Assembly: GCA_035315345.1 (NCBI GenBank)
Contig: DATFYA010000187.1
Span: 3,436 to 67,435, forward strand
Direction of reading: 5' to 3'
Length of the DNA stretch: 64,000 bases
Source of the DNA: Candidatus Methylomirabilota bacterium
GTDB lineage: Bacteria > Methylomirabilota > Methylomirabilia > Rokubacteriales > CSP1-6
Made by a program: the position numbers and the translations under genes. The notes beneath the pieces are model-generated. The model ran no database searches. It had not been told where the DNA came from and saw nothing but the letters and a program-made list of their open reading frames with translations. Position 1 is the stretch's first letter, and each line of letters begins with the position of its first letter. This document shows, one piece after another, positions 20,140-29,165 of this stretch.

Positions 20140-20997
20140 GTGCCCGCACCGGCGCGACCGGTGGTGGTGTGGATCCACGGCGGCTCGGTGGAGGACTCGT
20201 CGGTGATGGTGGCCGATCTCGAGCCGTTCGTCGGGCGCGTGCGCGCGCTCTTCCCGGATACGCGCGGCCACGGGCTCTCCTCGCGCTTCGAGCGCGTCGA
20301 GGACTACACCTACGCGCGCAAGGCCGAGGACCTGCTGGCGTGGCTGGACGTCCTCGGCGTGCGCGAGGCGGTCTGGGGCGGCGCCTCCATGGGCGGCGCG
20401 CTTTCGCTGTGGATCGCCGCGCACGCGCCGGAGCGCGCGCGGGCGGTGGTCTCGATCAGCGGACCACCCTACGAGCCCAGCGCCGAGGACAAGACGTGGT
20501 GGGCGCGCCACCGGCCGCTCGTCGAGGCCGGCCGCTTCGAGGACTACTTCGACGCCAACGTGCGCCTGCGCATGGGCGAGGCCGCGCTGGCCCGGCTCAA
20601 GGCGCGGCCGGATCGCTACGCCGAGCTGGCCGCCTCGCTGCGCCGCCACTCGGTGGCCTCGCTGCTGGCCCTGCTCGACGAGACGTACAGCCGCCAGGAG
20701 TGGCTCGCGGACTGCCGGCGCATTCGCTGCCCGGTGCAGGTGATCGCCGGCTCGGAGGACAGCTATCCGACCGTGGCCATGTCCCGCCGCGTCGCCGAGG
20801 CGATCCCCGGCGCGCGCTTCCACGTGGTCGAGGGCGGCCCCCACTTCCCCAACCGCACCCACCGTGCCGAAGTCCAGTCCGTCATCGCCACCTTCCTCGA
20901 CACGCTGGGGTCAGGTCTTGCATTACGACATTTTCTGGGACCTGGTGCGGCCGCCCTTCCCTCGAAATGTCGTAATGCAAGACCTGACCCCGGGTAG
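20140..20997 (+). CDS. alpha/beta-fold hydrolase
   Basis: The nucleophile elbow GASMGG and core strand VVVWIHG are present. A conserved-looking upstream in-frame stretch (EVVLPSGVRLHWREASADGA...) has no ATG/GTG/TTG, so the start is uncertain. The last about 30 codons are contributed by a palindromic repeat. Confidence 0.65.
   Translation: MPAPARPVVVWIHGGSVEDSSVMVADLEPFVGRVRALFPDTRGHGLSSRFERVEDYTYARKAEDLLAWLDVLGVREAVWGGASMGGALSLWIAAHAPERARAVVSISGPPYEPSAEDKTWWARHRPLVEAGRFEDYFDANVRLRMGEAALARLKARPDRYAELAASLRRHSVASLLALLDETYSRQEWLADCRRIRCPVQVIAGSEDSYPTVAMSRRVAEAIPGARFHVVEGGPHFPNRTHRAEVQSVIATFLDTLGSGLALRHFLGPGAAALPSKCRNARPDPG
20907..20991. repeat. 85-bp palindromic element: perfect 27-bp inverted repeats (GGGGTCAGGTCTTGCATTACGACATTT) around a 31-bp spacer
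   Basis: Left arm 20907-20933, right arm 20965-20991, exact reverse complements. It is AT-richer than the surrounding sequence. A second, truncated copy lies at 54871..54911. Confidence 0.75.
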
Positions 20998-21008
20998 AAT
21001 CGGCCGCG

Positions 21009-21533
21009 ATGAACGAAGAGCAGCGGCGGATCCGGAGTTATCTCGTGACCCAGGCGGCCAAGCTGACGCCGGCCGCGATCGTGGAGAAGGTCCAGGCCGC
21101 GATGGCCGATCTGCGGGCCGCCGCAGTCGCGGTGCCGCCCGCGCGGTTCGCGGAGCGGCCGGAGCCCGCGGAGTGGAGCGGCAACGAGGTGATGGCCCAC
21201 GTCGTCGCCGCCGACGGTTACTTCGGCGGCGGGATCGGCCGGCTGCTGCGCGGTCAGCCGTCGGTGGGTCGACCGGAGGGCCGCGGCATCGAGGGCGCGC
21301 CGCTCCGTGCCGCCGAGGCCTGGTACGACCTGCTCGCCAGGCAGCGAGAAGACCTGTTCGCCGCGGTCCGGGCCGCCGATCCCGCCGCGGCGCCGGACCA
21401 GCGTATCGAGCATCCGATGTTCGGCCCGCTCACCTGGCGCGAGACGCTACTGTTCACCCGGCTGCACGACCTCGATCACGCCGGCCAGCTGCAGAAGATC
21501 GGCGCCGCCTTCGCGGCTCCGCGTCCGGTCTGA
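21009..21533 (+). CDS. DinB/DUF664-family (DinB_2) metal-dependent protein
   Basis: 174 aa with four-helix-bundle DinB-like spacing and conserved His (HVVAADGYF, HDLDHAGQ). Confidence 0.6.
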   Translation: MNEEQRRIRSYLVTQAAKLTPAAIVEKVQAAMADLRAAAVAVPPARFAERPEPAEWSGNEVMAHVVAADGYFGGGIGRLLRGQPSVGRPEGRGIEGAPLRAAEAWYDLLARQREDLFAAVRAADPAAAPDQRIEHPMFGPLTWRETLLFTRLHDLDHAGQLQKIGAAFAAPRPV

Positions 21534-22567
21534 TGCGCGTCGCCATCTCGCTGCGGCTGGCCCAGACCGACTGGGCCGAGGCCAGCGACTACGTCACCGA
21601 GGCCGAGCGGCTGGGCGTCGACTTCGTCTGGTCCGCGGAGGCCTGGGGCCACGACGGCGTCACCCCGCTGGCCTTCGTGGCCGCGCGCACCTCGCGCATC
21701 CGACTCGGCACTGGGATTCTTCAAGCGGGCACGCGCACCCCCGCGCTCCTCGCCATGACCGCGATGAGCCTCAACGCCATGTCGGGTGGCCGCTTCGTGC
21801 TGGGCCTGGGCGTCAGCGGGCCGCAGGTCATCGAGGGCTGGCACGGCATCCGGTTCGACCGTCCGGTGCTACGCATGCGGGAGACGGTCGAGATCGTCCG
21901 GCGCGCGATCCGCGGCGAGCGTCTTGAGTACAAGGGGCGCATCTACGAGCTGCCGCTGCCGGGCGGCGAGGGCAAGGCCATTCGCTCGGCGGCGCCGCCG
22001 CAGCCCGGCGTCCCGATCTATCTCGCGACGCTCTCGCCGCGAAGCCTCGAGATGACCGGTGAGATCGCCGACGGCTGGCTCGGCACCTCGTTCATGCCCG
22101 AGCACGCGCGCGTCTTCACCGACCACCTGGCCGCCGGCGCGGCGCGGGTCGGCCGCTCGCTGGCCGCGCTCGATCTGCAGGCCGGCGGCTTCGTGGCCTT
22201 CGGCGACGACGCGGCCCGGCTGATCCGCGCGCGCAAGCCCGGCCTCGCCTTCACCCTCGGGGCCATGGGCTCGCGCCAGCACAACTTCTACAACGACGCC
22301 TTCCGTCGCGCCGGCTACGAGGAGGTGGCCCGCGAGGTTCAGCGCCTGTGGCTGGACGGGCGACGCGAGGAGGCGGCCACGCGCGTGCCCGACGAGCTGG
22401 TGCTGGAGACCAACCTGCTCGGCACCGACGCGATGGTGCGCGCGCGCTTGCTCGCCTACCGCGACGCCGGGATCACGACCCTGCGCGTGGAGCCGGCGGG
22501 CGAAGGGCTCGCGGCGCGGCTCGCGACGCTCGGCCGGCTGCTGGACCTGGTCCGCGCGGTGGGATAG
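21533..22567 (+). CDS. LLM-class (luciferase-like) F420/flavin-dependent oxidoreductase
   Basis: ATGA overlap with the upstream stop. MRVAISLRLAQTDWAEA...GVDFVWSAEAWGHDGVTPLAFVAARTSRIRLGTGI... Confidence 0.8.
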   Translation: MRVAISLRLAQTDWAEASDYVTEAERLGVDFVWSAEAWGHDGVTPLAFVAARTSRIRLGTGILQAGTRTPALLAMTAMSLNAMSGGRFVLGLGVSGPQVIEGWHGIRFDRPVLRMRETVEIVRRAIRGERLEYKGRIYELPLPGGEGKAIRSAAPPQPGVPIYLATLSPRSLEMTGEIADGWLGTSFMPEHARVFTDHLAAGAARVGRSLAALDLQAGGFVAFGDDAARLIRARKPGLAFTLGAMGSRQHNFYNDAFRRAGYEEVAREVQRLWLDGRREEAATRVPDELVLETNLLGTDAMVRARLLAYRDAGITTLRVEPAGEGLAARLATLGRLLDLVRAVG

Positions 22568-22618
22568 CATGGCCCCCGGCTCTGCCCGAATGCATCCGCG
22601 ACCCGAGAGGAGTGCCCC

Positions 22619-23800
22619 ATGGATCTGAACTACTCGCCGGACGAGCTGGCGTTCCGTGATGAGGTGCGCGGCTGGCTGCGCGCCAATCTCCCCGACGATC
22701 TTCGCCAGAAGATGGAGAGCTACCAGGAGCTGTCGAGGGAGGAGCTGCTGCGCTGGCACAAGATCCTGGCCAGGAAGGGCTGGGTTGCCCCCGACTGGCC
22801 GCCGGAGTGGGGCGGCACCGACTGGAACGTGGTGCAGCGCTACATCTTCGAGGAGGAGTGCGGCTACGCGGCGACGCCGATGATCGTGCCCTTCGGGGTC
22901 CGGATGTGCGCGCCGGTGCTGCTGCAGTTCGGCACCGAGGCCCAGAAGAAGCGGTTCCTGCCGCGCATCTACCACGGCGAGGACTTCTGGTGCCAGGGCT
23001 ACTCGGAGCCCGGCTCGGGCTCCGACCTCGCCTCGCTCAAGACGCGCGCGGTGCGGGACGGGGACCGCTACGTGGTGACGGGCCAGAAGATCTGGACCAC
23101 GCTGGCCCATCACGCGGACTGGATCTTCTGCCTCGTGCGCACCGATCCCAACACCGGCAAGCGCCAGGACGGCATCTCGTTCCTCCTGATCGACATGAAG
23201 ACGCCCGGCATCACGGTGCGGCCGATCGTGTTGATGGACGGCAGCAAGGAAGTCAACGAGGTCTTCTTCGACGACGTGGCCGTACCGGCGGAGAACCTCG
23301 TCCACGAGGAGGGGAAGGGCTGGACGGTGGCCAAGTACCTGCTGGGCTACGAGCGGATGGGCACCGGCCGCATCGGCGCCTCCAAGCGCGAGCTGGCCCG
23401 GCTCAAGGAGCTGGCCGGCGAGCAGATGAAGGACGGCCGCCCCCTCATCGAGGACGCGCGCTTCCGCGACCGGCTGACCCGGGTGGAGATCGAGCTGATG
23501 GCGCTGGAGATCACCAACCTGCGCTTCCTGGATCAGATGCGGCGCAGCGGCCGGCCCCCCGGTGCCGACGTGTCGATGCTCAAGATCAAGGGCACCGAGA
23601 TCCAGCAGTCCATCACCGAGCTGATGATGCAGGCCGCGGGGCCGCTCGCCCAGGCCTTCCGCCCCGTCGACGCGATGGACTTCGACCACTTCACCGCCCG
23701 CCTGGCGCCGCGGTACTGCAACCTGCGCAAGGCCACGATCTACGCGGGCTCCAACGAGATCCAGCGCAACATCATCGCGAAGGCCACCCTCGGCCTGTAG
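22619..23800 (+). CDS. acyl-CoA dehydrogenase (catalytic-type subunit)
   Basis: 393 aa with N-, middle- and C-terminal ACAD domains. The C-terminal catalytic Glu motif YAGSNEIQRN is present. Good SD. Confidence 0.88.
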   Translation: MDLNYSPDELAFRDEVRGWLRANLPDDLRQKMESYQELSREELLRWHKILARKGWVAPDWPPEWGGTDWNVVQRYIFEEECGYAATPMIVPFGVRMCAPVLLQFGTEAQKKRFLPRIYHGEDFWCQGYSEPGSGSDLASLKTRAVRDGDRYVVTGQKIWTTLAHHADWIFCLVRTDPNTGKRQDGISFLLIDMKTPGITVRPIVLMDGSKEVNEVFFDDVAVPAENLVHEEGKGWTVAKYLLGYERMGTGRIGASKRELARLKELAGEQMKDGRPLIEDARFRDRLTRVEIELMALEITNLRFLDQMRRSGRPPGADVSMLKIKGTEIQQSITELMMQAAGPLAQAFRPVDAMDFDHFTARLAPRYCNLRKATIYAGSNEIQRNIIAKATLGL

Positions 23801-23839
23801 AAGGCGACGCGGCGGGCGGGGGGGCGATGTCCGGCGGGA

Positions 23840-23982
23840 TCGGGGGGTGGTCGTGGGGGGTCCTCTGACCACGTCCCGCGAGTCCGCGGCGACCGGAATT
23901 GGAGTTCCCAAGCTGGGCGCTGGAAGGGCGGTCTTCACCGGGCAGGAACGGGTCAGCCGGACCCCCCACGACCACCCCCCGA
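23840..23982. repeat. 143-bp element bounded by perfect 24-bp inverted repeats (TCGGGGGGTGGTCGTGGGGGGTCC ... GGACCCCCCACGACCACCCCCCGA); MITE-like or long structured RNA
   Basis: The arms at 23840-23863 and 23959-23982 are exact reverse complements. The element occupies the intergenic gap between the two ACAD genes. Confidence 0.7.
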
Positions 23983-24032
23983 CCCCGCCCAGCGTCGCGG
24001 CACGCATGAACCGTCCTCGTCAGGAGTGAGCG

Positions 24033-25178
24033 ATGAATTTCGATCTGAGTGAGGAGCAGCAACTGCTGGCGGACAGCCTCAAGCGGTACCTGGCCAACGA
24101 GTACACGATGGACGCGCGGAGCAAGATCGTGGACTCGCCCACCGGCTGGAGCGAGAAGGTGTGGGCGGCGTTCGCGGAGATGGGGTTGCTCGGCGTGCCT
24201 TTCGCCGAGGAGCACGGCGGCTTCGGGGGCAGCGCGGTGGACGTGATGCTGGTCATGGAGGCGCTGGGCGAGGGGCTCGTGGTCGAGCCCTACTGGGTCA
24301 ACGTGGGGCTGGGCGGCCGGTTGATCGCGCGAGCCGGCTCGGAGGCGCAGCAGAAGCGCATCCTGCCCCCGCTGATCCAGGGCAAGCACCGGCTCGCCTT
24401 CGCCCATACCGAGCGCGGCGCGCGCTACGACCTCGGTCACGTGCAGGCGCGGGCCAAGAAGAGCGGCGCCGGCTACACGCTCGAGGGCGAGAAGCGCGCG
24501 GTGCTGGCAGGCGCCTCGGCCGACACGCTGATCGTCTCCGCCCGCACGAGCGGCGGCGCCACCGATCCGGCCGGCCTCAGCCTCTTCCTGGTCGAGCGCT
24601 CCGCGCCCGGCGTGACGGTCAAGGAGTACCGGACCATCGACGAGCTGCGCGCCGCCGACGTGTGGCTATCGGACGTCTCGGTGCCGGCCGCGGCGCGGCT
24701 CGGCGACGAAGGTCGCGCGCTGCCCCTCATCGAGGACGCGGCCGACTACGCCACCGCGCTGCTCTGCGCCGAGGCGGTGGGTGCCATCCGATTCGCCAAC
24801 GAGGCGACGCTCGAGTACCTCAAGACCCGGCGGCAGTTCGGGGTGCCGATCGGCAGCTTCCAGGCGCTCCAGCACCGGATGGTGGACATGGTGATCAGCT
24901 ACGAGCAGGCGCGATCGATGGCGTGCCTGGCCTGCGTGAAGGTCGACACCGCGCCCCCCGCCGAGCGGCGCCATGCGGTGTCGGCGGCCAAGGTCAAGGT
25001 GGCCGACGCCTGCCGCCACGTGAGCCAGGAGGCGGTGCAGCTGCACGGCGGCATGGGCATGACCGAGGAGCTGAAGATCAGCCATACCTTCCGCCGGCTC
25101 ACCATGATCGGGCAGACCTTCGGCGACGCCGAGCACCATCTCGAGCGCTTCGCACGGAGCGAGGTGGCGGGCGGCTGA
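24033..25178 (+). CDS. acyl-CoA dehydrogenase family protein (partner subunit; canonical C-terminal catalytic-Glu motif not evident)
   Basis: 381 aa with an ACAD fold. The C-terminus (IGQTFGDAEHHLERF) replaces the usual YEGTSEIQ-type motif, suggesting an alpha/beta heteromeric ACAD as in FadE26/27-type pairs. Confidence 0.82.
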   Translation: MNFDLSEEQQLLADSLKRYLANEYTMDARSKIVDSPTGWSEKVWAAFAEMGLLGVPFAEEHGGFGGSAVDVMLVMEALGEGLVVEPYWVNVGLGGRLIARAGSEAQQKRILPPLIQGKHRLAFAHTERGARYDLGHVQARAKKSGAGYTLEGEKRAVLAGASADTLIVSARTSGGATDPAGLSLFLVERSAPGVTVKEYRTIDELRAADVWLSDVSVPAAARLGDEGRALPLIEDAADYATALLCAEAVGAIRFANEATLEYLKTRRQFGVPIGSFQALQHRMVDMVISYEQARSMACLACVKVDTAPPAERRHAVSAAKVKVADACRHVSQEAVQLHGGMGMTEELKISHTFRRLTMIGQTFGDAEHHLERFARSEVAGG

Positions 25179-25228
25179 CGACGTCAAAAGTTGACTCGTC
25201 GCCGGGCTTCCACCCATAGTCGTCCGAT

Positions 25229-26380
25229 ATGGACGGGCAGGAACCGACCGGGCCGCCCTCGTTCTTCCGCAAGCCCGCGCCTCCGGGCGGTCCCGCGTCC
25301 CGATCGATAGAGCCCTCCGCCGCGCCACCACCCCCGCCGCCACCGCCGCCCTCGCTCCCGCCGGCGCCCCCGCTCCCGCCGGCGCCCCCGCTCGGCGGCG
25401 AGCCACCCCGGTTCGGGCCGGCGCCCCCCTCCGACTTCGATGGCATTCGCCACCCGGTGTTCCACGGCACCGGAGGCACACTGTTCGGCATCCACGTCGT
25501 CAATACGCTGCTCATCCTCGTCACGCTCGGGATCTACTACTTCTGGGCGAAGACGCGGGTGCGCCGCTACCTGGCCGGGCAGACGGAGATGGAGCTGGAT
25601 CGCTTCGCCTACCACGGCACCGCGAAGGAGCTCCTGCTGGGCACCTTGAAGGCGGTGGTCGTGTTCGGTCTTCCCGTGCTGCTGCTCAATTTCATCCGCG
25701 ACGTCCTGGAGGTGCCCGCCACCCTGAAGGTCATCGCCGGGGTCATCTCCGGCAGCCTCATCTTCGTGTTCTTCCCGGTGGCGGTGGTAGGGGCCCGCCG
25801 GTATCGCCTGAGCCGCATGTCCTGGCGAGGGATCCGCTTCTCGTTCCGCGGCCGGGTCTGGGACATGGTGAAGATCTTCATCCTCGGCACGTTCCTGACC
25901 GGCGTGACCCTCGGGCTGTACTACCCGTTCTTCCTCGTCGATCGCCAGCGCTTCCTCGTCTCGCACTCCTATTTCGGCAGCGAGCGGTTCGGCTTCACCG
26001 GCCGCGGACGGGAGCTGTTCGGGCCGTTCGTGGTCGCGATCCTGCTGACGCTGCCCACGCTCGGGTTGATCTGGGTATGGTACGTGGCGCGCAAGCGCCG
26101 CTTCTTCTGGGATCACACCAGCCTGGGCCCGGCGCGCTTCTCCTGTCACGTGACCGGCGGCGCGCTGCTGGGACTCTGGATGGTCAACGCGATCCTGCTC
26201 GTGGGCACGCTGGGGATCGCGTGGCCGTGGGTGCGCGTGCGCAACATCGACTTCACCTTCCGCTACCTGGCCCTGGTCGGGCCGCTCGATCTCGCCCGCA
26301 TCGAGCAGCAGGCGCAGCAGGCGGGAAGCACCGGCGAGGGCCTGTCCGGCTTCTTCGACTCCGGCTTCGACCTGGCCTGA
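25229..26380 (+). CDS. DUF898 (YjgN-like) family inner-membrane protein with about 70-aa proline-rich N-terminal extension
   Basis: Repeated (F/Y)xGxGxELF...L.LGIYYPW motifs (FHGTGGTLFGIHVVNTLLILVTLGIYYFWAK, FTGRGRELFG..., GLYYPFF, GIAWPWV). The N-terminus contains PPPPPPPPPSLPPAPPLPPAPPL. Confidence 0.75.
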   Translation: MDGQEPTGPPSFFRKPAPPGGPASRSIEPSAAPPPPPPPPPSLPPAPPLPPAPPLGGEPPRFGPAPPSDFDGIRHPVFHGTGGTLFGIHVVNTLLILVTLGIYYFWAKTRVRRYLAGQTEMELDRFAYHGTAKELLLGTLKAVVVFGLPVLLLNFIRDVLEVPATLKVIAGVISGSLIFVFFPVAVVGARRYRLSRMSWRGIRFSFRGRVWDMVKIFILGTFLTGVTLGLYYPFFLVDRQRFLVSHSYFGSERFGFTGRGRELFGPFVVAILLTLPTLGLIWVWYVARKRRFFWDHTSLGPARFSCHVTGGALLGLWMVNAILLVGTLGIAWPWVRVRNIDFTFRYLALVGPLDLARIEQQAQQAGSTGEGLSGFFDSGFDLA

Positions 26381-26428
26381 GCCGCGGCCTCCGATGGGCC
26401 GGCCGTCGCTCCCGCTGCCCGCCCCCTG

Positions 26429-27523
26429 ATGCGCACCGATTGGGAGGGTGTCTACCTCGACGGCCGCACCGCGGCCCGGCAGCCCGCCACCATCCGGCTC
26501 ATGCGCGAGGCCATCGAGATCACGCCGGCGGGCGGGGCGACGCGGCTCTGGCCCTACCGCGAGCTTCGCCAGACGCAGGGTTTCTACGCGGGCGAGCAGG
26601 TACGCCTGGAGCGAGGCGGCGATCTGCCCGAGACGCTGCTGGTGTCCGACCGCGCGTTCCTCGAGAGCCTCCACGAGGCGGCGCCGCACGTGGGCCCGCG
26701 CTTCCACGACCCGGGCCGGCGTCGCGCGCGACTGCGCTGGACCATCGCGGCCGGGGCCGGGGTGATCGCGGCCGCGGTCGCGATCTACGTGTGGGGGATT
26801 CCCGCGCTGGCCGCGCTGGTGGCGCCGCGGGTGCCGGTCACGTGGGAGGAGAGCGTTGGCCGCGCGGCCATCGCGCACCTGGCGCCGCCGGGCCGGCGCT
26901 GTGGCGATGCCGACCTGGCGCGCGTGATGGACGAGATGGTGCGGCGGCTGACCGCGCCCGGTCCGCCGTCACCGTACACGTTCCGGGTGTCGGTGGTGAA
27001 TCGCCCGGTGGTGAACGCGCTGGCCGTCCCGGGCGGCTACGTGGTGGTGTTCCGCGGGCTGCTCGAGCGGACCGTCACGCCCGAGGAGATGGCCGGCGTC
27101 ATGGCTCACGAGCTACAGCACGTGCTGCATCGCCACGCGACCCGGGCCGTCATCCAGGACGCCTCCACCGGCCTCCTGCTCATGGCCCTCACCGGCGACG
27201 TGACCGGCCCGCTCGCCTACGGCCTGCAGACCGCGCGCACCCTCGGCGACCTGCGATACTCGCGGCGCGCCGAGGAGGAAGCGGATACCGATGGCATGAA
27301 GATGATGCTGGCGGCGCGCCTGGATCCCGCGGGCATGATCACCTTCTTCGAGCGGATCCAGAAGGAGGAAGGCGGTGCCCCGCGCGCGCTGACCTATCTC
27401 TCCACGCATCCGCTCGCCGCCGACCGCCTCCAGCGCCTGAAGGCGATGGCCGCGGCCTGGACCGGCGCGCCCGAGCCCCTCGTGCCCGGTGACCGATGGG
27501 CCGACGTGGCGAAGCGCTGCTGA
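26429..27523 (+). CDS. M48-family zinc metallopeptidase
   Basis: HExxH motif HELQHVLHRH and a downstream Glu (EEEAD). The TM segment WTIAAGAGVIAAAVAIYVWGIPALA is present. Confidence 0.8.
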   Translation: MRTDWEGVYLDGRTAARQPATIRLMREAIEITPAGGATRLWPYRELRQTQGFYAGEQVRLERGGDLPETLLVSDRAFLESLHEAAPHVGPRFHDPGRRRARLRWTIAAGAGVIAAAVAIYVWGIPALAALVAPRVPVTWEESVGRAAIAHLAPPGRRCGDADLARVMDEMVRRLTAPGPPSPYTFRVSVVNRPVVNALAVPGGYVVVFRGLLERTVTPEEMAGVMAHELQHVLHRHATRAVIQDASTGLLLMALTGDVTGPLAYGLQTARTLGDLRYSRRAEEEADTDGMKMMLAARLDPAGMITFFERIQKEEGGAPRALTYLSTHPLAADRLQRLKAMAAAWTGAPEPLVPGDRWADVAKRC

Positions 27524-27529
27524 CCCGCC

Positions 27530-29149
27530 TCAGGTCTTCGGCGTCCAGGCTTTGAAGCGCTCTCGCAGCACCTTCTTGTCGAACTTGCCCACGCTCGTCT
27601 TGGGCACCGCCTCGATGAAGACCACCTCGTCGGGCAGCCACCACTTGGCCACCCGCGGCTTGAGGTATTCGTAGATCTCGTCGGTGGTGAGCCGGCCTCG
27701 ATGCTCGGGCTTGGGCACGACGCAGGCCAGCGGCCGCTCCACCCAGCGCTCGTGCGGCACCGCGATGACCGCGGCCTCCAGGACTTTGGGGTGGCCCATG
27801 ATGGTGGTCTCCATGTCCACGCTCGAGATCCACTCGCCGCCCGACTTGATCAGGTCCTTGGTGCGGTCGGTGATCTGGATGTAGCCGTCGGGATCGAGGG
27901 TGGCCACGTCCCCGGTGCGGAACCAGCCGTCCTCGGTGAACTGGGCCGCACCCTCGGGGTTGTTGTAGTAGCCGCTCGTGATCCACGGCCCGCGCACCTG
28001 GATCTCGCCCGCGCTCTTGCCGTCCCACGGCAGGACGGTGCCGCGGTCGTCGACGATTCGCATGTCCACGCCCGCGACGGGAGCCCCCTGCTTGGCCCGC
28101 ACCGCGTAGCGCTCGTCCTCGGTGAGCGCGTCCATGTAGGAGCGCGGACGGCACACGCTGCCGAGCGGGGTCATCTCGGTCATGCCCCAGGCGTGCAGCA
28201 TGTAGGCGCCGTACTTCTTGTCGAACAGCTCGATGAGCGAGCGGGGCGCCGCCGACCCGCCGATCGGGATGCAGCGGATCGAGGAGATGTCCCACTGCGG
28301 CTCTTTGTCGAGAATCGCCTGGATGGCGATCCAGACCGTGGGCACCGCCCCCACCACCGTGACCTTCTCGTGGTGGACGATCTCGATGATGTCGCGCGGC
28401 TGCGGATTCGGCCCGCCGAAGATCTGGGTCGCCCCGTTCATGACGCCCGCGAAGGGCACGCACCACGCGTTGGCGTGGAACATCGGCACGATGTGCAGGA
28501 TCACGTCGCGCTCGCAGATGCCGAGCACGTCCACCGAGGACGAGGCGAAGCAGTGCAGGTAGATCGCGCGGTGCGTGTAGACGACCCCCTTCGGATGCCC
28601 GGTGGTGCCGGAGGTATAGCAGATGCCGGCCGCGTCGGTCTCCTCGATGCGCGGCCACGCGGTCACCGGCGGAGTGCCCGTCACGAGCTGCTCGTAGTCC
28701 AGGGCGCCCGCGGGGATCACCGCGTCCGGGGTGTCCTTCATCACGATGATGTGCTTGACGGTCGTGAGGTCGCGCCGGATGGGCTCGAGAAGGTGCCAGA
28801 GGCTGGCGTCGACGATCAGCACCTCGTCGCCCGCGTGGTTGACGATGTAGGTGATGTCCTGGGCGGAGAGGCGGATGTTGACGGTGTGGAGCACCAGGCC
28901 CATGAGCGGGGCCGCGAAGTAGACCTCCATGTGCCGGTGCGAGTTCCACGCGAACGTCCCGACCCGCGCCCCTTTCTGGAGGCCCAATCCCCGCAGCGCG
29001 CCGGCGAGGCGGCAGACACGGTCGGCGTAGTCGCCGTACGTGTAGCGCTGCAGGCCCACCCCCGGCACGCGCGTGGCCATGGTCTTCCGGTGGAAGAGCC
29101 GGCGCGTGCGTTCGAAGAACTGCGTGAGGGTGAGGGGGTAGTCCATCAT
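27530..29149 (-). CDS. fadD: long-chain-fatty-acid--CoA ligase (FadD-like AMP-dependent synthetase)
   Basis: AMP motif [12 protein letters not shown] plus [15 protein letters not shown] and SGGEWISS. The start was chosen at [14 protein letters not shown] (an alternative ATG lies at 29161). It converges on the M48 stop with a 6-bp gap. Confidence 0.78.
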   Translation of the reverse strand: MMDYPLTLTQFFERTRRLFHRKTMATRVPGVGLQRYTYGDYADRVCRLAGALRGLGLQKGARVGTFAWNSHRHMEVYFAAPLMGLVLHTVNIRLSAQDITYIVNHAGDEVLIVDASLWHLLEPIRRDLTTVKHIIVMKDTPDAVIPAGALDYEQLVTGTPPVTAWPRIEETDAAGICYTSGTTGHPKGVVYTHRAIYLHCFASSSVDVLGICERDVILHIVPMFHANAWCVPFAGVMNGATQIFGGPNPQPRDIIEIVHHEKVTVVGAVPTVWIAIQAILDKEPQWDISSIRCIPIGGSAAPRSLIELFDKKYGAYMLHAWGMTEMTPLGSVCRPRSYMDALTEDERYAVRAKQGAPVAGVDMRIVDDRGTVLPWDGKSAGEIQVRGPWITSGYYNNPEGAAQFTEDGWFRTGDVATLDPDGYIQITDRTKDLIKSGGEWISSVDMETTIMGHPKVLEAAVIAVPHERWVERPLACVVPKPEHRGRLTTDEIYEYLKPRVAKWWLPDEVVFIEAVPKTSVGKFDKKVLRERFKAWTPKT

Positions 29150-29165
29150 CAGGCCTCTCATGACG

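Noticed and set aside
21869-24007. 712-aa minus-strand ORF antisense to the LLM and ACAD genes
   Set aside because: Same artefact class. The plus-strand genes have SD sequences and conserved motifs.
23847-24029. 60-aa ORF inside the ACAD intergenic hairpin element
   Set aside because: It lies wholly within the inverted-repeat element and has no SD. It is likely non-coding.
25184-26878. 564-aa minus-strand ORF antisense to DUF898 and M48
   Set aside because: Low-complexity (Arg/Glu/Gly/Pro) translation with no motifs. The plus-strand genes are well supported.
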